64,000 nucleotides of DNA from Bacillota bacterium (GCA_015059405.1 SVAL01000008.1:8733-72732); one strand, 5' to 3'; positions 1 to 9,490 are shown, counted from the first letter of the stretch. Notes: generated from the sequence alone by a model not told the origin. Translations and numbers: made by a program.

Positions 1-45
1 AGTGATGAAGGTACTAATGATATTGGAAATGTAGATGGAGCTTAG
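1..45 (+). CDS. 3' end of an upstream CDS entering from the window edge (identity unknown)
   Basis: Frame 1 is open from base 1 to TAG at 43-45 (..SDEGTNDIGNVDGA*) and overlaps the rsgA start. Confidence 0.3.
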   Translation, partial: SDEGTNDIGNVDGA

Positions 46-868
46 ATTAATGAAGGGTCAAATAGTAAAGATAGTTAGTAATTTATATACTGTTAATTGT
101 AATGGAACTTTTTATGATTGTCATAGTCGTGGAAAGTTTCGTAATGATAATATAACTCCAGTTGTAGGAGATTATGTTGTTATAGATGAAAAGAATAATT
201 ATATTCTTGAAGTAGAGGAAAGAAGAAATCGTTTAATAAGACCGATGGTTAGTAATATAGACCAAGGTCTTATTATTACGAGTGTTAAAATACCTGATTT
301 TTCAACCAGTTTATTAGATAAATTAATTACTTTAATGGAGATTAATGATGTAGAACCGATTATTTGTTTTACTAAGATGGATTTACTTGATAAGGATGAA
401 GAATTAGAAATATTTAATTATATTCATTATTATCAAAAGATAGGGTATAAGGTATTTATTAATACTGAGGTTGATAAAATTAAAAGAATTTTTAAAGATA
501 AGACAACTGTTTTTACTGGTCAAACAGGTGCTGGTAAATCTAGTTTGTTAAATAAGTTAAATCCGCATTTAGAATTACAAACTGGTGAAGTATCTAAAGC
601 TTTAGGAAGAGGTAAACATACAACAAGACATGTGGAACTTGTAGAATTATTTGGTGGAAAAGTATTAGATACACCAGGATTTTCTAGTTTAGAGTTTAAT
701 AATATTAGTAAATATGATATTAGAGATTCTTTTATTGAGTTTGAAAAGTATCCTTGTAAGTTTAAAGATTGTATGCATCTAAATGAAAAAGTTTGTAGTG
801 TTAAAGATGCGGTAGAATCTGGAGAAATAATGGAGTCTCGTTATAATAATTATAAGAAGATGTTATAG
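35..868 (+). CDS. rsgA: Ribosome small-subunit-dependent GTPase A (circularly permuted GTPase)
   Basis: OB-fold N-terminus, TKMDLL (G4) placed before GQTGAGKSSLLN (G1), C-terminal Cys/His zinc cluster CKFKDCMHLNEKVC. An alternative ATG lies at 50. Confidence 0.9.
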   Translation: MELRLMKGQIVKIVSNLYTVNCNGTFYDCHSRGKFRNDNITPVVGDYVVIDEKNNYILEVEERRNRLIRPMVSNIDQGLIITSVKIPDFSTSLLDKLITLMEINDVEPIICFTKMDLLDKDEELEIFNYIHYYQKIGYKVFINTEVDKIKRIFKDKTTVFTGQTGAGKSSLLNKLNPHLELQTGEVSKALGRGKHTTRHVELVELFGGKVLDTPGFSSLEFNNISKYDIRDSFIEFEKYPCKFKDCMHLNEKVCSVKDAVESGEIMESRYNNYKKML

Positions 869-879
869 TAGGTGATAGT

Positions 880-1500
880 ATGAAAAAAGTATCTGTTTCT
901 TTTTTTAACAGTACTAATATAGAAGATGATTTGATTAATTTATGTGATACAGATGTTGATTATATTCATGTTGATGTTGGTGATGGAAAATTTATTGAAA
1001 GAAAGTTTAATCCAATTAAAGAGTTAAAGAGTTTGAATGGTGCTTTAAGTAAGCGATTAGATGTTCATTTTATGGTTGAAGATCCAACTAGTTATATAGA
1101 AGAATATAGTGAATTAAATTGTGAATATATTACGATTCATTGTGAATTAAAGAAAGATATTTTGAGTCTTTTAGAATTAATTAAAAGATATGGGATTAAA
1201 TGTGGATTATCAATTAGTCCAGGTACAGATATATCTTTTTTGGAACCATTCTTAGATGATATAGATATGATCTTAGTAATGAGTGTTGTTCCTGGCAAAG
1301 GTGGACAAAGTTTTATTTATTCAAGTGTTGATAGAATAAAAGAAATAAGAAGAATGATAGGAGATAGAAATATTGTTATTTCTGTTGATGGTGGTATTAA
1401 TAATGAAACTAGCAAGTTAGTTGATAGTGATATTGTTGTTAGTGGTAGTTATGTGCTTGGTAGTGATGATTTAGCAAGAAGTATTAGTTTGTTAAGGTGA
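880..1500 (+). CDS. rpe: Ribulose-phosphate 3-epimerase
   Basis: HVDVGDGKF, DVHFMV, MSVVPGKGGQSF and VDGGIN motifs; classic rsgA-rpe synteny. Confidence 0.9.
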   Translation: MKKVSVSFFNSTNIEDDLINLCDTDVDYIHVDVGDGKFIERKFNPIKELKSLNGALSKRLDVHFMVEDPTSYIEEYSELNCEYITIHCELKKDILSLLELIKRYGIKCGLSISPGTDISFLEPFLDDIDMILVMSVVPGKGGQSFIYSSVDRIKEIRRMIGDRNIVISVDGGINNETSKLVDSDIVVSGSYVLGSDDLARSISLLR

Positions 1501-1504
1501 TAGT

Positions 1505-2212
1505 ATGAAGAAGTATAGATTTTTATTATTAATATGTTTGGTTTTTATTATAACTGGATGTTCTTTTTCAGTTGAGGTAAGTAAGAAAAGTATTAGTAAT
1601 AAAGATAATACTTCAGAAACAATTCCTAATATAGTTGGTTTAACTGAGGAAGATGCAACTAGTATTTTAGAGTTGAATGGATTTGAAATTGGTGAAGTCT
1701 TTTTAATAAATAATGATAAATATGAAGATGGTTTAGTTGTTAAGAGTGAACCTGAATTTGGTGTTGTTACAAAGAAAGGTACGGTAGTTAATCTTTATAT
1801 TGCAAGTAATTCTAGTTATGAAGTAGAAGACTTTACTGGTAAAAATTATATTGAAGTTAAAACTAAATTAGAGTATTTAGGTATAATTGTAGAAGTAAGA
1901 GAAAAAAGTTATATAACTTTATATGAAGATTTAACTATAGTAGAGCAAGAACCTAGTGTTGGTACTAAGTTAAATGAAGGAGATAAAGTTATTTTATATA
2001 TTCCTAAGTTAGAAGAGTTATATCCTGATTTTGTTCAAGAAGAATGGAAGATTAGTGAAGTAGAAGAGTTTTGTGATACTTATAACATTAATTTAATTAT
2101 TAAGTATGAGAAATCATCTAAATTAGAAGATACTATTATTGGACAAAGTGCAAAGCCAGGATCTAAGATAGTAAGTAATACTAACTTAACTATTACGGTT
2201 TCTAGGGGGTAA
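1505..2212 (+). CDS. Lipoprotein with three PASTA-like repeats
   Basis: Lipobox ITGC; three units of about 65 aa of the type IPNIVGLTEEDATSILELNGFEIGEV.. Confidence 0.6.
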   Translation: MKKYRFLLLICLVFIITGCSFSVEVSKKSISNKDNTSETIPNIVGLTEEDATSILELNGFEIGEVFLINNDKYEDGLVVKSEPEFGVVTKKGTVVNLYIASNSSYEVEDFTGKNYIEVKTKLEYLGIIVEVREKSYITLYEDLTIVEQEPSVGTKLNEGDKVILYIPKLEELYPDFVQEEWKISEVEEFCDTYNINLIIKYEKSSKLEDTIIGQSAKPGSKIVSNTNLTITVSRG

Positions 2213-2214
2213 GT

Positions 2215-2838
2215 ATGAAAAAAATTAAAGTTATATTTGTTTTATTTTTAGTATTTATTATTAGTGGTTGTACTATAGATATTAGTAAAAATAAAGATAA
2301 AGTGATTGATAAAAATAATAAAGATGATGAGATTATCGATTTAGAAGAAGTAAAAAGTGTTGGGGTATCTTCTAGTATTGATAATCCTTTAAATATTGGA
2401 GATTATGGTTTAGCTAGTAAATATAATGTTTATTTAGGAAAATATAAAGATGTTGATGTTAAACTAAGTAAAATATATGAAAATAGTGAAGAAATAGTTA
2501 GTAAATATAATTTATCTAATCCAGACAAAAAAATAACTAAGCAAACAGGTTTTAAATATGTTGTTTTGGATTATGAAGTTACTTTTTTTGATTTTGAAAC
2601 AGAATCTTTTGGAGATAATGTACATTTAGATATTGAAGTAGTTGATACTACTAATAATAACTTTGTAGTTGATAAAGTAAAACAAGTTATAGAAGTACAT
2701 ATTTTAAAAGAAGATCTAGGGATTGTTAATGGTGGTACTGGTACTGTAAAAGTTGCTTTTGCAATACCTAGTAATATTGGTAATTATTTAATTAAGTTTG
2801 GTACTTATGATCATACAATTGCGTATTATAAAGTATAG
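2215..2838 (+). CDS. Hypothetical lipoprotein
   Basis: Signal peptide with lipobox ISGC; RBS gggggtaag upstream; no recognisable domain. Confidence 0.5.
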   Translation: MKKIKVIFVLFLVFIISGCTIDISKNKDKVIDKNNKDDEIIDLEEVKSVGVSSSIDNPLNIGDYGLASKYNVYLGKYKDVDVKLSKIYENSEEIVSKYNLSNPDKKITKQTGFKYVVLDYEVTFFDFETESFGDNVHLDIEVVDTTNNNFVVDKVKQVIEVHILKEDLGIVNGGTGTVKVAFAIPSNIGNYLIKFGTYDHTIAYYKV

Positions 2839-2850
2839 ATGAGGTGTAAT

Positions 2851-3978
2851 ATGATTTATTTAGATTATTCAGCTACAACACCAGTTGATAGTGAGGTAGT
2901 TAGAACATTTTCAAAAGCATGTGAAGAATATTGGGCTAATCCTAATTCTTTACATAAAGAAGGAGTAAAAGCTAATAGTTTAATTAATGCTGCAACAGAG
3001 CAAATTTCTAGTATTTTAGGAGTTAAACCTAGTGAAATTATATATACTAGTGGTGCGAGTGAAAGTAATAATATGGCTATTAAAGGGATATGTTTAAAGT
3101 ATCAAAATAGAGGTAAGCATATTATTACTACTGATTTTGAACATTCATCTATTTATGGTCCAATTGGTTATTTACAAAAGTTAGGTTTTGATGTTGATTT
3201 TGTTAATACTTTAGAAAATGGTAAAGTGGATATAGATCATTTAAAATCTCTTCTTCGTGATGATACTATTTTAGTTAGTATTACAGCTGTTAATAGTGAG
3301 ATTGGGATAATTGAACCAATAGAAGAAATTGGTCTATTATTAAAAGATTATCCAAAAACTTTTTTTCATGTTGATATGACACAAAGTATAGGAAAGAAAA
3401 AAATAGATTTAACTAATGTGGATTTAGCTAGTTTTTCAGCTCATAAGTTTTTTGGTGTTAAAGGAATTGGGGTACTATTAAAAAAAGAAAATATTAATAT
3501 TGAGCCAATTATTCATGGGGGAAAAAGTACAACTATTTATCGTAGTGGTACACCAGCAACTCCATTAATTGCTTCAATTTCTAAAGCTTTGAGACTGGTA
3601 ACTAAAGATATGAATGAACATTATGAATATGTTTCTAATATTAATAAAAAGGTAAGAGATGGACTTTCTTCTTATGAAAAGGTACGAATTAATAGTCCTG
3701 AGGATAGTTTGCCTTATATTTTAAATATTAGTGTTTTAGGTGTTAAACCTGAAGTTTTATTACATGCGCTTGAAGAAGAGGAAGTTTATATTTCTACGCA
3801 AACTGCATGTAGTAGTAAGAGTGATGAATCAAAAGCTGTTTATGCGCTTACAAAAGACCATGATAGAAGTAAATCTAGTGTTAGAATTAGTTTGTCTTAT
3901 AAGACAACTCTAGATGAGATAGATAAATTTTTAGAAATATTTGAGAGATGTTATAATAAACTTACAACTTTAAGATAG
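2851..3978 (+). CDS. Cysteine desulfurase (NifS/IscS-type, class V aminotransferase)
   Basis: MIYLDYSATTP start, PLP-lysine motif SFSAHKFFG, catalytic Cys in STQTACSS. The ORF-track start at 2839 is also possible. Confidence 0.85.
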   Translation: MIYLDYSATTPVDSEVVRTFSKACEEYWANPNSLHKEGVKANSLINAATEQISSILGVKPSEIIYTSGASESNNMAIKGICLKYQNRGKHIITTDFEHSSIYGPIGYLQKLGFDVDFVNTLENGKVDIDHLKSLLRDDTILVSITAVNSEIGIIEPIEEIGLLLKDYPKTFFHVDMTQSIGKKKIDLTNVDLASFSAHKFFGVKGIGVLLKKENINIEPIIHGGKSTTIYRSGTPATPLIASISKALRLVTKDMNEHYEYVSNINKKVRDGLSSYEKVRINSPEDSLPYILNISVLGVKPEVLLHALEEEEVYISTQTACSSKSDESKAVYALTKDHDRSKSSVRISLSYKTTLDEIDKFLEIFERCYNKLTTLR

Positions 3979-3989
3979 TAGGTGATAGT

Positions 3990-4250
3990 ATGAGAATTGT
4001 AAAAATAAATGCAGTATGGTGTCCAGCATGTATCGTTAGTAATAAGATTTGGAAAAATGTTTTAGTTGATTATCCAGATTTAGATATAGAAGAGTTGGAT
4101 TTAGATTTTGATAGTGACGAAGTTAAAAAATATAATGTTGGAGATATATTACCAGTAGTTATTTTTTTAAATGATGAAAAAGAAGTTTTTCGTTTAATTG
4201 GTGAAAAAACAAAAGAAGAAATATATAAGGCTGTAGAGGAATATAGATAA
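3990..4250 (+). CDS. Small thioredoxin-fold protein
   Basis: WCPAC redox motif near the N-terminus; 86 aa. Confidence 0.7.
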   Translation: MRIVKINAVWCPACIVSNKIWKNVLVDYPDLDIEELDLDFDSDEVKKYNVGDILPVVIFLNDEKEVFRLIGEKTKEEIYKAVEEYR

Positions 4251-5458
4251 TGAAAAAATATATAAGAATATTTTTATGTTTAATTATATTATGTTTATTT
4301 ATGCCTGTTACTTCTATGGCTTTATCTAGTTCTTATAAAGATGTTTTAGCAGATGAATTAGATATCAAAGTAGAAGAAGATAAAGTAAATATTTATTTAT
4401 TCTATGGGGATGGATGTCCGCACTGTGCGAGTGAAAAAGTACTTTTAAATAATTTAAAAGAAAAGTATGATGGAAAGATAAATATTTATTTATATGAAGT
4501 ATGGGGAGATAAAGATAATACTAAATTAATGCATAAATTCAAAGAACAATTTGGAGTAGAAGCTAATAATTCTGTACCATTTACTATAATTGGAGAAAAG
4601 TATTTTTATGGATATTCTGATTCTGTTGGGATAAAAATAGAAAAACAGATAAGAAGTTATTTGGAACTTGATGATATTGATGATAAAGATACTTTAATTG
4701 AAGAAGATAAAATAAAAATTCCAATCTTAGGAGAAATTAATCCTGGAGAAGTTACTGTTGGTGTTGTTGCGATGGTACTTGGTTTTGTAGATGGGTTTAA
4801 TCCATGTGCAATGTGGATTTTATTATTTTTAATTAATATGTTATTTGGGATGAAAGATAGAAAGAAAATGTTTTTACTTGGATTTACTTTCTTATTTACA
4901 TCCGCATTATTTTATTTTTTATCAATGTTAGGTATAAATATAGTTTTAGATTTTATATCTACTAATGAACTTAGAAGTATAATTGGTTTAGTAGCTATTG
5001 GATTTGGTATATATAATTTATATATTTATTTTAGAGATAGAAAAAAAGAAGATGGATGTCAGGTAGTAGACGAAGCTAAAAGAAAAAATATTATTGATAA
5101 GATGAAGAAAATAAAAAATGCTAAAAATATTTTCTTAGCATTTGGAGGAATTATTTTACTTGCAATTTCTGTTAATATGGTTGAACTTGCTTGTAGTGCT
5201 GGTTTTCCTACTATCTTTAGTGAAATATTAGTTCAGAATAATGTTACTGGTATTTCTAGAATTATATATTTACTTATTTATGTATTATTTTATATGATAG
5301 ATGATATGGTGGTATTTACTATTTCAATTTCTACACTTACAATATCTGGGGTTACTACTAAGTATAATAAGTTAGTTAAAATAGTTGGTGGTATATTAAT
5401 GTTAATGATGGGATTATTGTTAATATTTAAACCAGAATGGATAATGTTAAATTTTTAA
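4250..5458 (+). CDS. Fusion of an exported thioredoxin/glutaredoxin-like domain (CPHC) with a CcdA/DsbD-like thiol-disulfide membrane transporter
   Basis: Signal peptide, GDGCPHC motif, then a polytopic region with Cys in NPCAMW and ELACSAGFP. Confidence 0.6.
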   Translation: MKKYIRIFLCLIILCLFMPVTSMALSSSYKDVLADELDIKVEEDKVNIYLFYGDGCPHCASEKVLLNNLKEKYDGKINIYLYEVWGDKDNTKLMHKFKEQFGVEANNSVPFTIIGEKYFYGYSDSVGIKIEKQIRSYLELDDIDDKDTLIEEDKIKIPILGEINPGEVTVGVVAMVLGFVDGFNPCAMWILLFLINMLFGMKDRKKMFLLGFTFLFTSALFYFLSMLGINIVLDFISTNELRSIIGLVAIGFGIYNLYIYFRDRKKEDGCQVVDEAKRKNIIDKMKKIKNAKNIFLAFGGIILLAISVNMVELACSAGFPTIFSEILVQNNVTGISRIIYLLIYVLFYMIDDMVVFTISISTLTISGVTTKYNKLVKIVGGILMLMMGLLLIFKPEWIMLNF

Positions 5459-5459
5459 A

Positions 5460-5486
5460 GTAAACTAAAGTTAGTTTACTTTTTTA
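5460..5486 (+). terminator. Rho-independent terminator
   Basis: gtaaacta/tagtttac 8-bp stem, aagt loop, T6. Confidence 0.8.
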
Positions 5487-5534
5487 TTTATTTAGAGTTA
5501 TAATTTATATGTGATTTGTATATATTTAGATTAT

Positions 5535-5598
5535 TCCTCTTAATTAGTTAAAAGAAATAATAGAATTATTAGTAAATCAAAAAATTAATTAAGGAGGA
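5535..5598 (+). promoter_or_regulatory. Possible anti-SD hairpin sequestering the RBS of the zinc-ribbon gene
   Basis: tcctcttaattagtt (5535-5549) can pair with aattaattaaggagga (5583-5598) with one bulged G, covering AAGGAGG. Confidence 0.3.
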
Positions 5599-5602
5599 TA
5601 TT

Positions 5603-5773
5603 ATGACAGAATATAAAGATAAGATTATCAAATGTGTTGATTGTGGTGCTGAGTTTACTTTTACTGCAAGAGACCAAGCTTTTTATGCTGAAAAAGGTTT
5701 TAATAATGAACCTAAAAGATGTAAAGCATGTCGTGATGCTAAGAAAGCTAAAATGAATAAAGATAATAAATAA
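5603..5773 (+). CDS. Small zinc-ribbon protein (56 aa, two CxxC pairs), missing from the ORF track
   Basis: AAGGAGG RBS 5 nt upstream; MTEYKDKIIKCVDCGAEFTFTARDQAFYAEKGFNNEPKRCKACRDAKKAKMNKDNK; flanked by terminators. Confidence 0.65.
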   Translation: MTEYKDKIIKCVDCGAEFTFTARDQAFYAEKGFNNEPKRCKACRDAKKAKMNKDNK

Positions 5774-5776
5774 TAG

Positions 5777-5799
5777 AAGTGGAGTTTTCCACTTTTTTA
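5777..5799 (+). terminator. Rho-independent terminator
   Basis: aagtgga/tccactt stem, gttt loop, T-run. It lies inside the ORF-track extension of proS. Confidence 0.75.
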
Positions 5800-5838
5800 T
5801 TATATAATAAATTAGTAATAGAGATTGGGAGTGAAGTT

Positions 5839-7263
5839 ATGGCAAATGAAGTTAAAGAAATAACAAGTCGTGATGTTAATTTTGCGAAATGGTATACAGA
5901 TGTAGTTAAAAAGGCAGATTTAGTAGATTATTCTTCTGTTAAAGGTAGTATGATTATTAGACCATATGGGTATGCGATTTGGGAAAATATGCAAAAAATA
6001 TTAGATGAAAAGTTTAAGGAAACAGGGCATGAAAATGTACAAATGCCAATGTTTATACCTGAGAGTTTATTAAATGTAGAAAAAGAACATGTAGAAGGTT
6101 TTGCACCTGAAGTTGCTTGGGTTACACATGGTGGTAGTGAAAAGTTAGAAGAAAGAATGTGTGTTAGACCTACTAGTGAAGTATTATTTTGTGAACATTT
6201 TGAAAAGATTATTAACTCATATCGTGATTTGCCTAAATTATATAATCAATGGTGTACTATTGTTAGATGGGAAAAGACAACAAGACCATTCTTAAGAAGT
6301 AGAGAAATATTATGGCAAGAAGGTCATACTATGCATGCTACTAGTGAAGAAGCTAAAGAAGAGACTTTAAGAATGTTAAAAGTATATGAAGACTTTCAAA
6401 GAAATGTTTTAGCTCTTCCTGTTATAGTTGGTAAAAAGACTGATAAAGAAAAGTTTGCTGGGGCTGAGGCTAGTTACACATTAGAAGCAATGATGTATGA
6501 TGGTGTAGCACTTCAAAATGGTACAAGTCATTATTTTGGTAATCATTTTGCAGAAGCTTTTGGTATTAAGTTTTTAAATAAAGATAATAAGTTTGAAGCA
6601 CCATATCAAACTTCTTGGGGAGTAACAACTAGAATGATTGGGTCTATTATTATGACTCATGGTGATGATAATGGACTTGTTTTACCTCCAAATATCGCAC
6701 CTTTTAAAACTATTATTATTCCAATAGGAAAAGATGATAGTGTTAAAGATAAAGCAATGGAAATAATGAATAATTTAAAGAATAATAATATTACTACTAA
6801 AATAGATTTAACGGAAAAAAGTCCAGGATTTAAATTTGCAGAAGCAGAAGTAAAAGGATATCCAGTTAGAATAGAAGTTGGACCAAGGGATCTTGCAAAT
6901 GGAGTTGTTACATTAGCACGTCGTGATACTTTTGAAAAGATTCAAGTAAAAGTAGAAGATGTAGTTAGTGAAGTAGAAAAATTACTTGTAGATATTCAAA
7001 ATAATTTATATGATAGGGCTTTAAAAAGAAGAGAATCTATGACATATGAAGCATTAAATTACGAAGAGTTTACTGAAATAGCTAATACTAAGCCAGGATT
7101 TATTAAAGTAAATTGGTGTGGAGATGTAGCTTGTGAAAATAAAATAAAAGATGATTTTGGAATTAAATCTCGTTGTTTAATAGAAGATGAAGCAGTAACA
7201 GGAAAATGTGTTGTTTGCGGAAAAGATGCTAAACATAGGGTATATTTTGGAAGACAATATTAA
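5839..7263 (+). CDS. proS: Proline--tRNA ligase, archaeal/eukaryote-like type
   Basis: MANEVKEITSRDVNFAKWYTDVV start, class II core, C-terminal Cys-rich domain ending in Tyr. The start was moved downstream of the terminator at 5777-5799. Confidence 0.9.
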   Translation: MANEVKEITSRDVNFAKWYTDVVKKADLVDYSSVKGSMIIRPYGYAIWENMQKILDEKFKETGHENVQMPMFIPESLLNVEKEHVEGFAPEVAWVTHGGSEKLEERMCVRPTSEVLFCEHFEKIINSYRDLPKLYNQWCTIVRWEKTTRPFLRSREILWQEGHTMHATSEEAKEETLRMLKVYEDFQRNVLALPVIVGKKTDKEKFAGAEASYTLEAMMYDGVALQNGTSHYFGNHFAEAFGIKFLNKDNKFEAPYQTSWGVTTRMIGSIIMTHGDDNGLVLPPNIAPFKTIIIPIGKDDSVKDKAMEIMNNLKNNNITTKIDLTEKSPGFKFAEAEVKGYPVRIEVGPRDLANGVVTLARRDTFEKIQVKVEDVVSEVEKLLVDIQNNLYDRALKRRESMTYEALNYEEFTEIANTKPGFIKVNWCGDVACENKIKDDFGIKSRCLIEDEAVTGKCVVCGKDAKHRVYFGRQY

Positions 7264-7287
7264 AAGAATACTGATGTATTCTTTTTT
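7264..7287 (+). terminator. Rho-independent terminator
   Basis: aagaatac/gtattctt stem, tgat loop, T-run. Confidence 0.8.
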
Positions 7288-7322
7288 AATTTTTGTGTTA
7301 TAATTTTAATAGGAGTGATGTT

Positions 7323-8237
7323 ATGTTAAAGAAAATAGGTTCATTTTTTATTGGATGTTTTATGTTGATATTTGTAGGAGTTTTATCAGTATTCTTAGGA
7401 ATTAGATTATTTTTTGAACCTACATCAATGACAGTTTTAATGGATTATGTATTAGAAGAAGAAGATTTTTGGGATGAAGTTGATATAGAAGAGTCTGAGT
7501 TTAAAAAGTATATTGATGAAGAAGAATTCAAAAAAGAATTAGGTAAATTTGTTTCTGATTATTTAAAATATAGTGCTGAAGTAAAAGGTGCTAAAAAACC
7601 TAGTTTAGAACCTTTTAAGGAGTTAGTAGAAGATTTTATAAAAGATTATGAAAAAGAAACTAATACAAAATTTGATCGAGAAGAAATAGATAAATATTTA
7701 AATGAATTAGAAGCTGATATGGACGAAGAATTGTTTGGAGAAGAAACTGATGAAGATATAAAGATAGTATTTAATGTTATTTATTCAGATACAATAGTTA
7801 TAGTACTAATAGCTATAATTTTAGGATTTATTGGACTTGATTTCTTATTAAGAAAAAATCCTGCTATTATCTCTTTACATGCAGGTATTGTTTCAGGTAT
7901 TAATGCATTTACATTCTATGCTTTAAAATTTGTAGTTGGAGTAGTTGAAGTAAGTGATGAAGTAGAAGAAGCAGCTATTGTAATGATATCTAATATATTT
8001 AACAGAATTGGATTAGTTAGTTTAATACTTGCTATTATATTAATAGTTATATTTGTATTATTAAAAGATAAATATAAAGAAGAAAATAATAACAATAATA
8101 ATCAATATAATCTAAATAATATGAATAACTATAATAACTATAATGGTTATAATAATTATGATAATAGTAATAATATGAATAATTACAATAATTACAATAA
8201 TTACAATAACTATAACAATGATAATAATAGTTTTTAG
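7323..8237 (+). CDS. Membrane protein with an acidic extracytoplasmic region and an Asn/Tyr-rich C-terminal tail
   Basis: aggagtga RBS before ATG 7323; N-terminal TM, several central/C-terminal TMs, tail NNNNNNQYNLNNMNNYNNYNGYNNYDNSNNMNNYNNYNNYNNYNNDNNSF. Confidence 0.6.
   Translation: MLKKIGSFFIGCFMLIFVGVLSVFLGIRLFFEPTSMTVLMDYVLEEEDFWDEVDIEESEFKKYIDEEEFKKELGKFVSDYLKYSAEVKGAKKPSLEPFKELVEDFIKDYEKETNTKFDREEIDKYLNELEADMDEELFGEETDEDIKIVFNVIYSDTIVIVLIAIILGFIGLDFLLRKNPAIISLHAGIVSGINAFTFYALKFVVGVVEVSDEVEEAAIVMISNIFNRIGLVSLILAIILIVIFVLLKDKYKEENNNNNNQYNLNNMNNYNNYNGYNNYDNSNNMNNYNNYNNYNNYNNDNNSF
8086..8234 (+). repeat. AAT/TAT-rich coding microsatellite (imperfect aat-tac-aat 9-mers)
   Basis: aattacaataattacaataattacaataactataacaat run encodes the N/Y tail. 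Confidence 0.7.
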
Positions 8238-8261
8238 AAAGTCTTAGGACTTTCTTTTTTT
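8237..8261 (+). terminator. Rho-independent terminator
   Basis: gaaagtc/gactttc stem, ttag loop, T7. Confidence 0.8.
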
Positions 8262-8319
8262 ATGCCTTTTTTCGACAAAGTTCTTATCTTTTTTATTTTA
8301 TATTAATATTGGTGATGAT

Positions 8320-8784
8320 ATGAAAAAGAAGTTTTTAAGAAGTGTTGTTATTCCTTTGTTATTTGCGATATGCTTAGGGTTTTATGGGGCTAAGATAGCG
8401 TATGAATTTTATAAACTTAAGACTGTTGTTACAGAAGTATCACATAATGCTTATGCTATTCAATATGGTGTTTATACTAATCCTGAAACTTTAACTAGTA
8501 TTTTATCTGATTTAGATAATTATGTTGTTTCTTTAGAAGATGGAAAATATTATGTATATTTAGGTTTTACTACTAACTATAAAAATCTTAGTAAGATTAG
8601 AAATATGTATAAAAATTTAGGGACTGAGGTATACGTTCGTGAATTATATATAGATAATCAAGAGTTCGTTAATAGTTTAGAACAGTATGATATTTTATTA
8701 GATAGTGTTAATGTAGAAGAAGATATTGTTTCTGTTAATAAATCTATTTTATCTAGTTATGATGAAATAATTTTAGGAAAATAA
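8320..8784 (+). CDS. Membrane-anchored protein, possibly SPOR-like
   Basis: N-terminal TM; the segment YAIQYGVYTNPETL..YYVYLGFTTNYKNLSKI resembles a SPOR repeat (weak). Confidence 0.45.
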   Translation: MKKKFLRSVVIPLLFAICLGFYGAKIAYEFYKLKTVVTEVSHNAYAIQYGVYTNPETLTSILSDLDNYVVSLEDGKYYVYLGFTTNYKNLSKIRNMYKNLGTEVYVRELYIDNQEFVNSLEQYDILLDSVNVEEDIVSVNKSILSSYDEIILGK

Positions 8785-8818
8785 GTATTATTTATTTAAT
8801 AATATTATTGGTGATGTA

Positions 8819-9490
8819 ATGATTAGAGATATTCCAACTAGTGAAAGACCTCGTGAACGTGTATTAAAATTTGGTGTTGAAAGTTTATCTAATAGTGAAC
8901 TTTTATCTATTGTTTTAAGATGTGGTACAAGAGAAAAAAGTGTTAAAGATTTATCTTTAGAAATTATATCTATGGTAGGAGATATTTCTAATTTTAAAGA
9001 TTTAACTTTAAATAAATTACTTTCTATCAAAGGAATAGGTTATGTTAAAGCAATAGAGTTAATTAGTGTAGTTGAACTTAGTAAAAGAATATATGCTAGT
9101 AATGATAAAAAATTAATAAAGATTAATAGTAGTAAAGATGTATTTTGTTTTTATAAAGATTTATTTTTAGATAAGAAACAGGAGTTATTTTATTGTTTAT
9201 ATTTAAATAATAAGAATTATGTTATTGAAAGGAAATTATTATTTATGGGAACTATTAATAAAAGTGTTGTTCATCCAAGAGAAGTGTTTAAAAATGCATA
9301 TTTATCTAGTGCATCAGGTATTATTTGTATTCATAATCATCCTAGTGGAGATGTTAATCCTTCTATTGAAGATAAAAGATTTACTAAGGCATTAGTTGAT
9401 ATTGGTAATGTTCAAAATATACCTATTTTAGATCATATTATTATTGGGGAAGATAATTATTTTAGTTTTATGGAGAATAATTTAATATGA
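8819..9490 (+). CDS. radC: RadC-family JAB-domain protein
   Basis: HhH region plus JAMM motif HNHPSGDVNPSIED; radC-mreC-mreD synteny. Confidence 0.85.
   Translation: MIRDIPTSERPRERVLKFGVESLSNSELLSIVLRCGTREKSVKDLSLEIISMVGDISNFKDLTLNKLLSIKGIGYVKAIELISVVELSKRIYASNDKKLIKINSSKDVFCFYKDLFLDKKQELFYCLYLNNKNYVIERKLLFMGTINKSVVHPREVFKNAYLSSASGIICIHNHPSGDVNPSIEDKRFTKALVDIGNVQNIPILDHIIIGEDNYFSFMENNLI

Noticed and set aside
5779-5838. N-terminal extensions proposed by the ORF track for proS (5779). The same applies to 7293, 14940, 17016, 21629, 22428, 42671 and 50014
   Set aside because: The extensions run through intrinsic terminators or lack an RBS and begin with rare start codons. Downstream ATGs have good SD sequences and match the conserved protein N-termini.
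5774-5838. T-box leader upstream of proS
   Set aside because: Only about 65 nt separate the upstream stop from the proS start, and a terminator occupies part of it. This is too short for a T-box, and no specifier or T-box sequence was seen.
8237-8261. Near-identical terminators at 8237-8261 and 16979-17002 (gaaagtc-loop-gactttc-T7) as copies of a mobile or REP-like element
   Set aside because: Similarity is limited to a 7-bp stem and the T-run, with no flanking homology. Chance convergence of AT-rich terminators is the most likely explanation.
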